This document shows, in pieces, positions 10,765-21,045 of a stretch of DNA of 57,954 nt; the first letter of the stretch is position 1; every line of letters starts with the position of its first letter. Where the stretch lies: NCBI GenBank assembly GCA_050302415.1, contig JBNLBB010000002.1:1-57954 (forward strand), given 5' to 3'. Source of the stretch: Gammaproteobacteria bacterium. GTDB taxonomy: Bacteria; Pseudomonadota; Gammaproteobacteria; JBNLBB01. The translations under genes and the position numbers were made by a program. The notes below the pieces were generated by a model that was not told the origin of the DNA, searched no databases, and saw nothing but the letters and a program-made list of their open reading frames with translations.

Positions 10765-11667
10765 CTAGCCGCGGGGATGGTGGCGTCGATGAAGGTCCCT
10801 CAGCCGTTCGCGTGCAACATGGGTATAAATCTGGGTTGTGGAGAGATCGCTGTGGCCTAGCAGCATCTGCACCGCCCGCAAATCCGCACCGTGATTGAGC
10901 AGATGGGTCGCAAATGCATGCCGCAGAGTGTGCGGCGACAGGTGTTTCGCAATTCCTGCTTCGGCCGCATACCGCTTGATCAACTGCCAGAATGCCTGAC
11001 GACTCATATGTTCGCCTCGCTTGGTGAGAAACGCACACGCAGACAGCTGATTGCCCCTGGTGAGATCGTCGCGCCCCTCCCTCAGGTAACGCTGGTACCA
11101 GTCGGCCGCCTCATCGCCCATCGGCACCAGCCGCTCCTTACTGCCCTTGCCGATTACCCGCACCACACCCTGATGCAGATTGACCTGGTCCAGGCGCAAC
11201 ATCACGAGCTCCGAGACGCGCAGTCCCGTGGCATAGAGCAGTTCCAACATCGACCGATCCCGCAAACCCAGTGGTCGAGCCACATCGGGCTGAAGGATCA
11301 AGGCTTCCACCTCTTCCTCGGTCAACGATCCCGGTAGACGCCTGCCGAGCTTGGGTGCATCCACGTCCAAAGTGGCATCCTGTACCACCCAGCCCTCGCG
11401 TGCGCAGTGCCGGTAAAAACGCCTCAGGCTGGAGAGTATCCTCGCCGAAGTGGTCGGCCTCGCCCCAGCCCCGACCCGGTGCGCGAGATAGCCCAGCACC
11501 TCGGCGCGTGAGGCTGAATCAAGGGCAGCTCCGTTGGACTCCAGCCACTTCTGGAATTGGTTGAGATCACTGGCGTAGGCCTGCAGCGTATTGCGGGAAA
11601 GGCCCCGCTCCATCCACAGGGTATCCAGAAAGCGGTCGACCAGCGGATCAGACACTGCGGCCTTCAT
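10765..11667 (-). CDS. xerD: Site-specific tyrosine recombinase XerD
   Basis: 300 aa from MKAAVSDPLVDRFLDTLWMERGLS. The C-terminus LRHAFATHLLNHGADLRAVQMLLGHSDLSTTQIYTHV is nearly identical to the E. coli XerD catalytic region. Confidence 0.93.
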   Translation of the reverse strand: MKAAVSDPLVDRFLDTLWMERGLSRNTLQAYASDLNQFQKWLESNGAALDSASRAEVLGYLAHRVGAGARPTTSARILSSLRRFYRHCAREGWVVQDATLDVDAPKLGRRLPGSLTEEEVEALILQPDVARPLGLRDRSMLELLYATGLRVSELVMLRLDQVNLHQGVVRVIGKGSKERLVPMGDEAADWYQRYLREGRDDLTRGNQLSACAFLTKRGEHMSRQAFWQLIKRYAAEAGIAKHLSPHTLRHAFATHLLNHGADLRAVQMLLGHSDLSTTQIYTHVARERLRDLHRRHHPRG

Positions 11668-12127
11668 GGCGCAGCAGCGCGCGTTTGAAATCCAGCAGCC
11701 AGCCACTACGTTCCCCGGAAAACCCACCCAGACCGGTAGCGGCAACCACGCGATGACAGGGACGAATTAGAGGTAGCGGATTGGCTCGGCAGGCGGCGCC
11801 GACTGCTCGTGCCGACGAACCAAGCCGCGCTGCCAGTTCGCCGTAAGTGGTGACACTGCCCGCGGGGATGGTGGTCAGTTCGGTCCAAACCCGGCGTTGA
11901 AAAGGTGTCCCAATATCCACGTATGGCACATCAAACCTGTGCTCGGGCTGCCTCCCATAGGCGCGCAACTGCGCCAAAACTTCTTTTAAAAATGGGCTTT
12001 CCGGCGCGACTTCCGGGATTTCGGGTGGAAGCAGAACCGCGCATCGTAACTGTTCGTTCTCTGCCAGCAGACCAACTCGTCCACCTGGGACCGCCACTAC
12101 CGCATCAAACTGAACAGTCTTGTTCAC
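11648..12127 (-). CDS. ogt: Methylated-DNA--protein-cysteine methyltransferase (MGMT/Ogt family)
   Basis: 159 aa with the active-site motif PCHRVV and the upstream YGELA helix-turn-wing region. It uses a GTG start and overlaps both neighbours. Confidence 0.85.
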   Translation of the reverse strand: MNKTVQFDAVVAVPGGRVGLLAENEQLRCAVLLPPEIPEVAPESPFLKEVLAQLRAYGRQPEHRFDVPYVDIGTPFQRRVWTELTTIPAGSVTTYGELAARLGSSARAVGAACRANPLPLIRPCHRVVAATGLGGFSGERSGWLLDFKRALLRHEGRSV

Positions 12128-13932
12128 TACTCGGCCCCGGAACCACCGCGCGTCAAGTAAAGCTGGTCAATCTCCCGCTGTATGCGCGCCTTGCGCTTGC
12201 TGTCTACCGTCCGCTCAAGCACTGCTTTAAAAAGGCGGCGTGCATCTTCCACCATCCCCGCCCTTCCCAAAACCGAGGCTGCCTGAAATCGGGCGGTCTG
12301 CGCCCAAGGGTCCCAACTCTTCTCTGGGATCTCCAGCGCAGAGGCCAGATAGTAGCGGGCCGCTGAGGCGTACTCGTCCAGCGCTTTTGCCGACTCCGCA
12401 CTCCAGTAGAGCAGTTCACGACGCACGCCGGGATCGACTTCGCGTTGAGCAACCTGGTCCAGAAGTCCGACAGCCGCTCGGTGACTGCCCATGGTCTGCA
12501 GGTCAAACACCACCTGCAACAGGCGATCCCGCTGGGCAGGTTCCGGATTGGCTACCCGATCCAGTAACTGCTTCAGCGCGACAGCACCGTGTTCAGGCGC
12601 TCCACCCATGATCAGAATCCGCGCCCGCAACAGGTGCCAGTTCCAAAAATCTGCTCCGGGTGGCGGCTCTTCAAGGTCGCGCAAGCGACGCGAGGCCTCC
12701 GCTATTTCTCCGCGCTGCACCGCGGCCTGCGCCAGACGATGGCGCACGGTTTCCGGCACACCGTTCAACGACGGATAAAAAGTGTCATCCAGAAACAGCA
12801 GCTCTAGCAGCGTTGCCTGCTCGGGGGTATCCGGAAAGGTGAGGCCAAACTGCATTTCCGCCAGTTCGCGAATGCGTTCAGACTTGGCCTCACGCGACAG
12901 GAAGGCAAAAATGCCACGCGCGGCCAGGGGATCAGCCGCAAACAGATCGCGTCCCAAGTTGTACCAACGCTGATCTTCGCCGCGCAGTAACTGGCGCTCG
13001 TTACCGATACTCTCGCCGAGTTGAATATAGGCCTGCCAGAGCATCGCCCCGCTGAGTTGCAAAGGGGTCAGACCGCCGTGCTCCAGGTCGCTTCCCGGCA
13101 CCAGGCGCGCGCGCTCCATAAAATCGGCAGAATCCCGCCAATTGCGGAGCAGCCTGGCCGCTTCAGCGGCCGTCAGCAACGCAGCAAACCGGGTGGAGGG
13201 TGACACCTCCTTTTCAATTGCGGCTCGCATTTCAGCCAACACTCCGGCAGCGTGGCGCGAATCGGCTTTCAGCTGTGCCGAAGCGCGCAGGACGGAGGCT
13301 TCCATGGAGGCATCACTGCGCAGCAGTCGGATGGCGTCGTCCGCCCGACCGACGCCGAGCAACACCTTGGCCTGGAGCAACCGGGCTTCACCATCCGCTT
13401 CGCCATAATCAAGGCGTACCCGATTCATGGCAATGTAAGCGTCTTCCGCCAATCCTGCAGAGAGGTACGCCTGCACCAGCGAGCGGCGCAACACGCCCAA
13501 TTCCGGCTCCGGCGGTTCAGCGGACCCCAGCCAGATCAGATCGCGAATCAACCGTATGGCGTCGGACTGTCTGTCCAGTTCGATCAACGCTTCCGCCCGA
13601 TGGGCATCGACCCACCACCGGTCCTGACGGGAAACCTGGTCGGTCACCTCTCCGGTTCGTTCCAGCAGGGTCTGCCAGTCTCCGCGGCGCCGGTAGAGCA
13701 GGTAGCGCTGTTGCTCCAGCGCCAACCATATGGACGATGGCTGGGTTTTGGCTTGGGCCTGTTCAATCTCCTCCAATGCCAGCGAGAGGGCTCCCTCGTC
13801 GATCAACCGGGACACTTCCAAGGTGGGTGGGTTTGCCGGCAACGAGCCGCTGGCCAGCAGAATTGACAGCCCGATCCCACACTGCCCTCTTGCTCTGCGG
13901 CACACGGATGCTGGAGAGTTTGAAAATTTCAT
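12127..13932 (-). CDS. Hypothetical exported all-helical (TPR-like) protein
   Basis: 601 aa. The N-terminal hydrophobic segment GIGLSILLASGSL suggests a signal peptide. It is rich in Leu/Ala/Arg/Glu repeats, and I recognised no catalytic motif. Confidence 0.6.
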   Translation of the reverse strand: MKFSNSPASVCRRARGQCGIGLSILLASGSLPANPPTLEVSRLIDEGALSLALEEIEQAQAKTQPSSIWLALEQQRYLLYRRRGDWQTLLERTGEVTDQVSRQDRWWVDAHRAEALIELDRQSDAIRLIRDLIWLGSAEPPEPELGVLRRSLVQAYLSAGLAEDAYIAMNRVRLDYGEADGEARLLQAKVLLGVGRADDAIRLLRSDASMEASVLRASAQLKADSRHAAGVLAEMRAAIEKEVSPSTRFAALLTAAEAARLLRNWRDSADFMERARLVPGSDLEHGGLTPLQLSGAMLWQAYIQLGESIGNERQLLRGEDQRWYNLGRDLFAADPLAARGIFAFLSREAKSERIRELAEMQFGLTFPDTPEQATLLELLFLDDTFYPSLNGVPETVRHRLAQAAVQRGEIAEASRRLRDLEEPPPGADFWNWHLLRARILIMGGAPEHGAVALKQLLDRVANPEPAQRDRLLQVVFDLQTMGSHRAAVGLLDQVAQREVDPGVRRELLYWSAESAKALDEYASAARYYLASALEIPEKSWDPWAQTARFQAASVLGRAGMVEDARRLFKAVLERTVDSKRKARIQREIDQLYLTRGGSGAE

Positions 13933-13983
13933 GCCGGCATTATACCGATGGTCTGTCCGTGCCGAGCATGAAGATCAGAAACA

Positions 13984-14006
13984 GAAAAAGGCGCCCGAGG
14001 GCGCCT
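13984..14006 (-). terminator. Intrinsic terminator after the rpsP-rimM-trmD-rplS operon
   Basis: GGCGCCC-GA-GGGCGCC hairpin (13990-14005) followed on the minus strand by UUUUU. Confidence 0.75.
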
Positions 14007-14024
14007 TTTCCGAAAAGAGACAAA

Positions 14025-14369
14025 CTAGATTTTCTCTTTGATTCGGGCAGCCTTGCCACTGCGATCACGCAGGTAGTAGAGCTTCGCGCGACGTACATCG
14101 CCGCGCCGTTTCACGGTAATCGACGCAACCAGCGGGCTGTAGGTCTGGAAGACACGCTCGACGCCTTCACCGTGGCTGATTTTGCGCACCGTAAAGGAGG
14201 AGTTGATACCGCGGTTCTTTTTGGCAATGCAGACACCCTCATATGCCTGCAGACGCTCGTTCGTGCCTTCGCGGACTTTGACCTGTACCACCACCGTGTC
14301 GCCGGGGCCAAATTCCGGAATCTCGCGATTCATCTGCTCGGCGTTGATCTGATCAATAATGTTTGCCAT
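14025..14369 (-). CDS. rplS: 50S ribosomal protein L19
   Basis: [35 protein letters not shown]... is canonical L19. The start is trimmed from the track ORF. Confidence 0.97.
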   Translation of the reverse strand: MANIIDQINAEQMNREIPEFGPGDTVVVQVKVREGTNERLQAYEGVCIAKKNRGINSSFTVRKISHGEGVERVFQTYSPLVASITVKRRGDVRRAKLYYLRDRSGKAARIKEKI

Positions 14370-14410
14370 TTCTCTTTCCCCACTCGCGCCCAAGGCGCGG
14401 CATCTACTGC

Positions 14411-15172
14411 TTAAAACCCGGTTCCCGAATCCGACTCACCAGTCTCGGCAACGTATTCATCCAACAGGCGCTGCTGCGCGTCAGTCAATTGCAGCTTCGC
14501 CAACATATCCGGTCGACGCATCGAGGTGCGTCCCAATGCCTGCTTGGTGCGCCAGCGCTCTATGGCAGCGTGATCGCCGCTGAGCAGCACCCTGGGCACC
14601 TCGAGACCCTCAAATACTTCCGGTCTCGTATAGTGCGGGCAATCCAGCAGACCCGCAGTGTGGGAGTCCTGCTGCGCAGAGTCCCCGTCGCCCAGCACTC
14701 CCGGTATCATCCGCGCGACGGCGTCAACCAGCACCATCGCAGCCAACTCGCCGCCACTCAGTACATAGTCGCCCAGCGACCACTCTTCATCGACTTCGCG
14801 GGTCACGACCCGCTCGTCTATCCCTTCGTAGCGTCCCGCCACCAGAATCAATCCCGGTCGCTGCGCAAACAGACGCACCGCATGCTGATCCAGCCTTCTG
14901 CCTTGAGGCGATAGCAGAATCACCGGAGTCCCGCCGACCGCCGCTTCGCGCGCCGAACGTATGGCGCCGCACAGCGTATCGGCCTTCATCACCATGCCTG
15001 GTCCGCCGCCGTACGGTCTGTCATCCACCGTCCGGTGCCGGTCTTTGGCGTAGTCCCGCGGATTCCAGGTGTGCAACGACAGCAATCCGCTGTCCCTGCC
15101 GCGCCCAACAACGCCGAATTCTCCCACCTGCTGGACCAGCTCCGGAAACAGCGTGACGACATCAAAGCGCAT
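14411..15172 (-). CDS. trmD: tRNA (guanine37-N1)-methyltransferase
   Basis: 253 aa, [12 protein letters not shown]...YEGIDERV...[13 protein letters not shown], which are TrmD trefoil-knot motifs. It sits in the conserved operon position. Confidence 0.96.
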   Translation of the reverse strand: MRFDVVTLFPELVQQVGEFGVVGRGRDSGLLSLHTWNPRDYAKDRHRTVDDRPYGGGPGMVMKADTLCGAIRSAREAAVGGTPVILLSPQGRRLDQHAVRLFAQRPGLILVAGRYEGIDERVVTREVDEEWSLGDYVLSGGELAAMVLVDAVARMIPGVLGDGDSAQQDSHTAGLLDCPHYTRPEVFEGLEVPRVLLSGDHAAIERWRTKQALGRTSMRRPDMLAKLQLTDAQQRLLDEYVAETGESDSGTGF

Positions 15173-15669
15173 CAGAATTCCGGATCCCAGTCGACGACTA
15201 TGCGTCCACCGGCAATATCGACGGACCTGACCACATCCGGAACCACAAATGGCACCAACCGCTCACGCTCACCCTGGAGCACCAGCACATCATTGGACCC
15301 GGTTTCCAGCAAGTGATCCACCTGACCCAACTCGGTTCCCTCGACGGTTTCCACACGCAGGCCGATCAAATCCGCCCAGTAGAATTCGCCTTCGTCCAGC
15401 TGGGCCAGTTGCTCCCGCCGCACCGAAATGGTCGACCCCACCAACTCGGCTGCACTATCCCGATCCTCCACGCCAACCAATCTGGCGATCAGACCTTTTC
15501 CGTGCACCTTTCCCTGTGCGACGGCCATCTCTTTCACTTCACCGCCCCGCTCCAGCAGCCAGGGCTTATATATAAGTATGTTGTCCCTGGGTTCGGTATG
15601 CGACTGGATCTTCACCCAGCCCCTGACGCCGAAGACGCCTACGACCGAACCGACAACCAGCGACGCCAT
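15172..15669 (-). CDS. rimM: 16S rRNA processing protein RimM
   Basis: 165 aa with GVRGWVKI and PRC-barrel-like C-terminal motifs. It lies in the rpsP-rimM-trmD-rplS operon. Confidence 0.93.
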   Translation of the reverse strand: MASLVVGSVVGVFGVRGWVKIQSHTEPRDNILIYKPWLLERGGEVKEMAVAQGKVHGKGLIARLVGVEDRDSAAELVGSTISVRREQLAQLDEGEFYWADLIGLRVETVEGTELGQVDHLLETGSNDVLVLQGERERLVPFVVPDVVRSVDIAGGRIVVDWDPEF

Positions 15670-15920
15670 TAGGCGTTGGCTTTTTCAGCTTCCTTCAGCA
15701 GCTTCGCAACACGCTCGGAAGTCTGGGCACCCTGGCCGGTCCAGTGACTGACACGCTCCAGGTCCACGCGCAGGCGTTCGGAATTACCGCTGGCAACCGG
15801 GTTGAAAAACCCGAGCCGCTCAATGTAACGGCCGTCGCGACGGTTGCGGCTATCGGTCACTACGATGTTGTAGTAAGGCCGTTTCTTGGCCCCGCCTCGG
15901 GCCAGACGAATGGTCACCAT
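15669..15920 (-). CDS. rpsP: 30S ribosomal protein S16
   Basis: [41 protein letters not shown]. The start is trimmed to ATG 15920. Confidence 0.97.
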   Translation of the reverse strand: MVTIRLARGGAKKRPYYNIVVTDSRNRRDGRYIERLGFFNPVASGNSERLRVDLERVSHWTGQGAQTSERVAKLLKEAEKANA

Positions 15921-16032
15921 GGGAATGGAATTCCTCTTTAATCCAGACAAATAGAGCCACATCCACCGGGGGTGGCTTCAAGAACCGCGGAATTATACCG
16001 GAATCCGGGCGGTTGAAAAGGCCAGAATCAGG

Positions 16033-17391
16033 TTAAAACCCCATTCCCGGAGGCATTCTTCCCTTTAAACCTCTCAGCATCTTCGCCATTCCGCCCTTAG
16101 ATGCCTTTTTCATCAATTTTTCCATCTGCATGAACTGCTTAAGCATCCGGTTCACGTCCTGGACCTCAGTGCCCGAACCAGCGGCAATGCGCCGCTTCCG
16201 CGAACCTTTGATCACTGCGGGAAACCGACGCTCGTGGGCGGTCATGGAGTTGACGATGGCCACCTGACGACGGATATCCTTGTCATTGACCTGGTTTTTT
16301 ACCGCTTCCGGCACCTTCCCGATACCGGGCAGTTTGTCGATCATGCTGCTCAATCCACCCATGTTCAGCATCTGCTGCAACTGGTCGCGGAAATCCTCCA
16401 GATCAAATCCCTTTCCCTTTTGCAGTTTGACCGCCAGCTTTTCCGCCTTCTGACGGTCGACCTTGTGCTGGACATCTTCCACCAGGGAAACGATGTCGCC
16501 CATCCCCAGAATGCGCGAAGCGACCCGCTCGGGATGGAATGGCTCCAGGGCCGTGGTTTTCTCCCCCACCCCAATGAATTTGATAGGTTTTCCGGTGATG
16601 TGGCGAATCGACAGGGCGGCCCCGCCCCGCGCATCGCCGTCCGCCTTGGTCAGGATCACACCGGTCAATGGCAACGCCTCGTCGAAGGCACGCGCTGTGT
16701 TGGCGGCATCCTGACCGGTCATGCTGTCGACGACGAACAGTGTTTCAACGGGGCTGATAGCCGCATGTATCCGGACTATCTCTTCCATCATGTCGCTGTC
16801 CACATGTAGCCGGCCAGCGGTATCTATGAGCACCACGTCGGTCTGCGATACTTTGGCCTGTTCCACGGCAGCCCTGGCTATGGATTCCGGCTTCTGATCG
16901 GGAGTGGAGGGAAAAAAATCGGCACCCACCTCAGCCGAGAGTGTTTTCAACTGATCGATGGCGGCAGGACGATAGACGTCGCAGCTGACGGTCATCACCC
17001 TCTTTTTCTGGCGTTCGCTCAACCAGCGGGCGAGCTTGGCAACACTGGTGGTTTTTCCAGCCCCCTGCAGTCCAGCGACAAGGACCACCGCAGGCGGCTT
17101 GACCGACAGGTTCAGTCCATCGTTGGCCGCACCCATCAGTGCCACCAGTTCGTCGTTGACGATTTTGACCAGCGCCTGACCCGGTGTCAGGCTCTGCAAC
17201 ACCTCCTGACCGACGGCACGTGCCCGTACCTGATCGATGAAGGTCTTGACCACGGGCAGTGCGACATCGGCCTCCAGCAGCGCCATGCGCACTTCACGCA
17301 GGGTGTCGCCCACATTCTGCTCAGTGAGCCTGCCCCGCCCTTTCAGTTGATCCAGGGTGCGCCCGAGTCGCTCGCTCAGATTCTCAAACAT
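16033..17391 (-). CDS. ffh: Signal recognition particle protein Ffh
   Basis: MFENLSERL start; GTPase motifs GLQGAGKTT, DTAGR and TKADGD; Met-rich M domain at the C-terminus. Confidence 0.97.
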   Translation of the reverse strand: MFENLSERLGRTLDQLKGRGRLTEQNVGDTLREVRMALLEADVALPVVKTFIDQVRARAVGQEVLQSLTPGQALVKIVNDELVALMGAANDGLNLSVKPPAVVLVAGLQGAGKTTSVAKLARWLSERQKKRVMTVSCDVYRPAAIDQLKTLSAEVGADFFPSTPDQKPESIARAAVEQAKVSQTDVVLIDTAGRLHVDSDMMEEIVRIHAAISPVETLFVVDSMTGQDAANTARAFDEALPLTGVILTKADGDARGGAALSIRHITGKPIKFIGVGEKTTALEPFHPERVASRILGMGDIVSLVEDVQHKVDRQKAEKLAVKLQKGKGFDLEDFRDQLQQMLNMGGLSSMIDKLPGIGKVPEAVKNQVNDKDIRRQVAIVNSMTAHERRFPAVIKGSRKRRIAAGSGTEVQDVNRMLKQFMQMEKLMKKASKGGMAKMLRGLKGRMPPGMGF

Positions 17392-17452
17392 ACCAACCTC
17401 GTCACGCTTCAGCGCCGACAACGGCCGAAGACTTACGGAGAAAAAGGGGGGA

Positions 17453-18217
17453 TTATAGTGCCAGGATCTGTCCGGACCGCAATGCCATCAGCTCGACGCC
17501 GGGAAGCGCCTCCCGGCATTCCGCCATGATCGCCTGCTCCGCGCCGGGTTTCAGGTGAGTGATATAGACTTCGGGACTGTGCCGGAGCTTCTGCAAATCG
17601 GCGGCCAGCAGAGAAGGACAGTAATGTCGTGAAAGGCGGCTGAGTTCCAGCTCACGATTGGGAAATGCGGACTCGACCACCAGCATGTCCAGACTGGAGT
17701 GGGCATTCAGCGCCTGCCAGAATCCGTCGTTGGTGGTCGTGTCACCACTGAAGGCTATGGACCTGGTCTCCGAAGCTATACGGTATCCCGCTGCCGGCAC
17801 CGCGTGGTTGGCCGGTAACATTTCAATCTCCAGATCTTCCAGCAAACACTGTTCCCCGGGCTCCATGACCACGTATTTGAGCACCGGCTGATCAGCATTG
17901 GGTAATTGGGCAAAATCGGGCCAGATAACCCAATTGAAAATATGCTGCTGTAGGGCCTTGAGGGTGTCGGCCCTGCCATGCAGCGCGATGGGACGCCTGA
18001 TCCGGTCAAACACACTGTCAATGAGCAGGGGGATGCCCGCAACATGGTCGAGATGGGAGTGGGTAACAAAGATATGTTGGAGGTCAGCCATCCTCTCCAG
18101 CGCCAGATCGCCGACGCCCGTGCCGGCGTCCAACAGAATGGTGTCGCCGATCAGAAACGAAGAGGTGCGCAACCCTGAACCGAGTCCGCCACTACAGCCG
18201 AGAACTTCTATTTTCAT
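17453..18217 (-). CDS. MBL-fold hydrolase, class II 3',5'-cyclic-nucleotide phosphodiesterase-like
   Basis: 254 aa. MKIEVLGCSGG...THSHLDHVAGIPLL carries the HxHxDH metallo-beta-lactamase motif in the context typical of PDEase_II proteins. Confidence 0.6.
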   Translation of the reverse strand: MKIEVLGCSGGLGSGLRTSSFLIGDTILLDAGTGVGDLALERMADLQHIFVTHSHLDHVAGIPLLIDSVFDRIRRPIALHGRADTLKALQQHIFNWVIWPDFAQLPNADQPVLKYVVMEPGEQCLLEDLEIEMLPANHAVPAAGYRIASETRSIAFSGDTTTNDGFWQALNAHSSLDMLVVESAFPNRELELSRLSRHYCPSLLAADLQKLRHSPEVYITHLKPGAEQAIMAECREALPGVELMALRSGQILAL

Positions 18218-18413
18218 TCGGTGCCTGTGCCTGCGGAATGAACTGTCTCACCCAGAAACCCATTTGACCACTATAATTCCCCAGCGGGAACCAGGACAAA
18301 GCTTAGACTATCCGAATCGTCCCGTGGTCTCAGTGACGCAATTACAGGACTTGTGGTAGCCACCCACAGTTGTCATATTTGAGATCTGAAACGAAAACGA
18401 ATAGAGCTGGGGA

Positions 18414-19235
18414 ATGACAGGAACCATAGTGACCGCCACTTTCGTAATCGCCCTATATGTCGTATCCGCCTCATTGATTGGATTCCGTCTTCTGCGCAAC
18501 GCAACAGGTGGCACAATCACCAAATCACCCGCGCTCATGATCGGCGGGGTGGCGCTGGTACTCCATGCAGCACTGCTCTACCAGGCCATCGTGACAGCCG
18601 GGGGATTCAACCTGGGTTTCTTTCACGCCTTTTCCCTTATCGCGTGGCTGATCGTTGCGCTGCTGTTTGTCATATCGACCACAAAACCCATGGAAAACCT
18701 AGGGTTGATTCTCCTGCCATTTGCGGCACTCACAGTTCTGCTCAGCGTGCTGTTTCCCAGCGAACATGTCATTGCGAGCACAGCACCCTGGGAACTGAGG
18801 GCCCATATTCTGCTGTCCGTCATGGCATACTCGCTGCTAACACTGGGTGCGGTTCAGGCACTGCTTCTCTATTTCCAGGAATACCACCTGAGAAACCGCA
18901 AGCCTACCGGTGTAATCCGGGCCTTGCCCCCACTACAGGTGATGGAGGCGTTGCTGTTTCAGATTCTGTCCGTGGGGTTCATATTCCTGACGCTCGCCCT
19001 CAGCAGCGGCATCATTTTTCTAGAAGACATATTTGCCCAACATCTGGTTCACAAGACGGTCCTGTCTATTGGTGCATGGTGTGTTTTCGGCGCGTTGCTC
19101 TGGGGTCGTTTCAAGTACGGCTGGCGCGGCCGAACGGCAATTCGTTGGACCTTTGCCGGATTTGTGGTCCTGGTACTGGCCTACTTCGGTTCAAAATTCG
19201 TACTCGAACTTGTACTGACCAATCCTTCCGCTTAA
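18414..19235 (+). CDS. Cytochrome c assembly family inner-membrane protein (YpjD/CcsA-like)
   Basis: 273 aa, polytopic and Trp-rich. It is divergent from the ffh region, as ypjD is in E. coli. Confidence 0.75.
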   Translation: MTGTIVTATFVIALYVVSASLIGFRLLRNATGGTITKSPALMIGGVALVLHAALLYQAIVTAGGFNLGFFHAFSLIAWLIVALLFVISTTKPMENLGLILLPFAALTVLLSVLFPSEHVIASTAPWELRAHILLSVMAYSLLTLGAVQALLLYFQEYHLRNRKPTGVIRALPPLQVMEALLFQILSVGFIFLTLALSSGIIFLEDIFAQHLVHKTVLSIGAWCVFGALLWGRFKYGWRGRTAIRWTFAGFVVLVLAYFGSKFVLELVLTNPSA

Positions 19236-19302
19236 ACGCTTATGCCGGTACCTCCGTCCACTCTGTCCCTGGCCTTTCGGTCGCCACGCAAGTATCAACC
19301 CA

Positions 19303-20571
19303 GTGGATGAGATTCCGCTAAGCCTGTTGTTCTCCCTACTACTGGTGCTGATTCTGCTGTCGGGTTTCTTTTCCGGATCGGAAACGGCGCTGATGACGCT
19401 TAACCGTTACCGGCTTAAACACCTCGCAAAAAAACACCATCGCGGGGCTATCCACGCGCAGCGCCTGCTGGAACGCCCGGACCGGCTGATTGGCCTGATC
19501 CTGTTGGGAAACAATTTCGTCAACATCCTCGCTTCGTCCATCGCCACAATTATCGGGCTGCGTTTGTGGGGGGAAGCGGGAGTGGCGGTGGCTGCCGGGG
19601 TCCTCACCTTTGTCATTTTGATTTTCGCTGAGGTCGCCCCCAAAACGCTGGCGGCCCTGCACCCGGAGCGTGTCGCATTTCCCGCCGCTCTGATTTACAG
19701 CGTGCTACTGCGCATTACCTATCCGCTGGTGTGGCTGGTTAACGTCATAACCAACAATCTGCTGCAGGCGCTGGGCGTTCACCCTGGCCAGAAATCGTCC
19801 GAAATGCTCAGTGGCGAAGAGTTGCGTACCGTTGTGGCCGAAGCGGGGGCAATGATTCCGAAGAAACACAAAAAAATGCTGATCAGCATTCTCGATCTCG
19901 AGCAGGTTCAGGTTGAGGACATCATGATTCCGAGAAACGAGATTGTCGGCATCGATCTGGATGATGACGAGGAAGAGATCAGCGACCAGCTCAAAGCGAG
20001 CGCTTATACCCGACTGCCGGTCTACCGCGACAGTATCGACAATGTGCTCGGCATGCTGCACATGCGCCGCTCACAGAGATTGCTGCAGCAGGAAGATCTC
20101 AGCAAGGATGAGCTGATAGCCAACCTGCAGGAACCCTACTTCATACCGGAAGGCACACAACTCAACCGGCAGCTCCTCAATTTTCAGCGCAACAAGGAGC
20201 GAATCGCTCTGGTGGTGGACGAGTATGGAGACATCAAGGGCTTGATAACACTCGAAGACCTGCTGGAGGAGATCGTCGGCGAATTTACCACTGATCCGCA
20301 GGAGACCACTGGGGATGCGTTCGCACAGGAGGACGGATCCTACATTGTCGACGGCTCAGCCTATATCCGCGATCTGAACCGGACACTTGGTTGGGAGCTG
20401 CCCACGGATGGACCCAAAACCCTCAACGGACTGGTGATTGATTACCTGGAGTCTATTCCTGAGTCTGGTACCAGTCTGCTGTTGTCCGGATACCCAGTGG
20501 AGATCATGCAGACCAAGGGCAACGCTGTAAAAAAAGCCCGAGTTTACCCGCAGTTGCGCCGAACCCCCTGA
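19303..20571 (+). CDS. HlyC/CorC family transporter (CNNM/DUF21 + CBS pair + CorC_HlyC)
   Basis: 422 aa. The N-terminal DUF21 region is GFFSGSETALMTLN, followed by tandem CBS domains and a C-terminal transporter-associated domain. It follows the ypjD-like gene, as yfjD/corB does in E. coli. GTG start. Confidence 0.85.
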   Translation: MDEIPLSLLFSLLLVLILLSGFFSGSETALMTLNRYRLKHLAKKHHRGAIHAQRLLERPDRLIGLILLGNNFVNILASSIATIIGLRLWGEAGVAVAAGVLTFVILIFAEVAPKTLAALHPERVAFPAALIYSVLLRITYPLVWLVNVITNNLLQALGVHPGQKSSEMLSGEELRTVVAEAGAMIPKKHKKMLISILDLEQVQVEDIMIPRNEIVGIDLDDDEEEISDQLKASAYTRLPVYRDSIDNVLGMLHMRRSQRLLQQEDLSKDELIANLQEPYFIPEGTQLNRQLLNFQRNKERIALVVDEYGDIKGLITLEDLLEEIVGEFTTDPQETTGDAFAQEDGSYIVDGSAYIRDLNRTLGWELPTDGPKTLNGLVIDYLESIPESGTSLLLSGYPVEIMQTKGNAVKKARVYPQLRRTP

Positions 20572-20656
20572 TCAGGATCGAAATTCAGCCGAAGAGGTGG
20601 CCATTGGTCACCATTTGAGCTATTTATTGACAATGCGTTGCTAGACAGGACTGGTC

Positions 20657-21034
20657 ATGGGTAACCCCAAATCAAATGACGATGACCGCAGACACTTCAG
20701 CCGGGTACTGTTTCGTGGTCCCTGCGAGTTGCGCACAGATGGCGCGGTCTGGCCCTGCGAAGTTCTGGACCTGTCGCTGAAGGGTGCCATGCTCTCCCGA
20801 CCGGAAGGATGGAACCTCCCTCTTGAAACGAACTGCACCCTGCACATGGCATTGGGAAGCGAAGAGGTGACCATCGAAATGCAGGCCCGGGTCACTCATG
20901 ACAACGGCGATACACTGGGTATCTATTGTCACCACATAGATCTGGACAGCATCGCGCACCTCAAGCGACTGATGGAACTGAACCTGGGAGACCCCGATAT
21001 CCTGCACCGGGAGTTTGCACAGCTGCGCTCCTGA
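20657..21034 (+). CDS. Stand-alone PilZ domain protein (putative c-di-GMP receptor)
   Basis: 125 aa with the RxxxR motif (RRHFSR) and a D-x-S-x-x-G motif (DLSLKG) at PilZ-type spacing. Confidence 0.8.
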   Translation: MGNPKSNDDDRRHFSRVLFRGPCELRTDGAVWPCEVLDLSLKGAMLSRPEGWNLPLETNCTLHMALGSEEVTIEMQARVTHDNGDTLGIYCHHIDLDSIAHLKRLMELNLGDPDILHREFAQLRS

Positions 21035-21045
21035 GACAATCGGTC

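Noticed and set aside
13200-14414. Long antisense ORFs throughout the window. Examples are 13200..14414 +, 512..979 +, 8406..9284 -, 9483..10100 -, 24751..25872 +, 49848..50960 +, 52519..53385 + and 42482..43720 +.
   Set aside because: They lie opposite strongly supported genes. Their translations are Arg/Pro/Gly/Ser/Cys-rich with no motifs. This is typical of shadow ORFs in GC-rich DNA.
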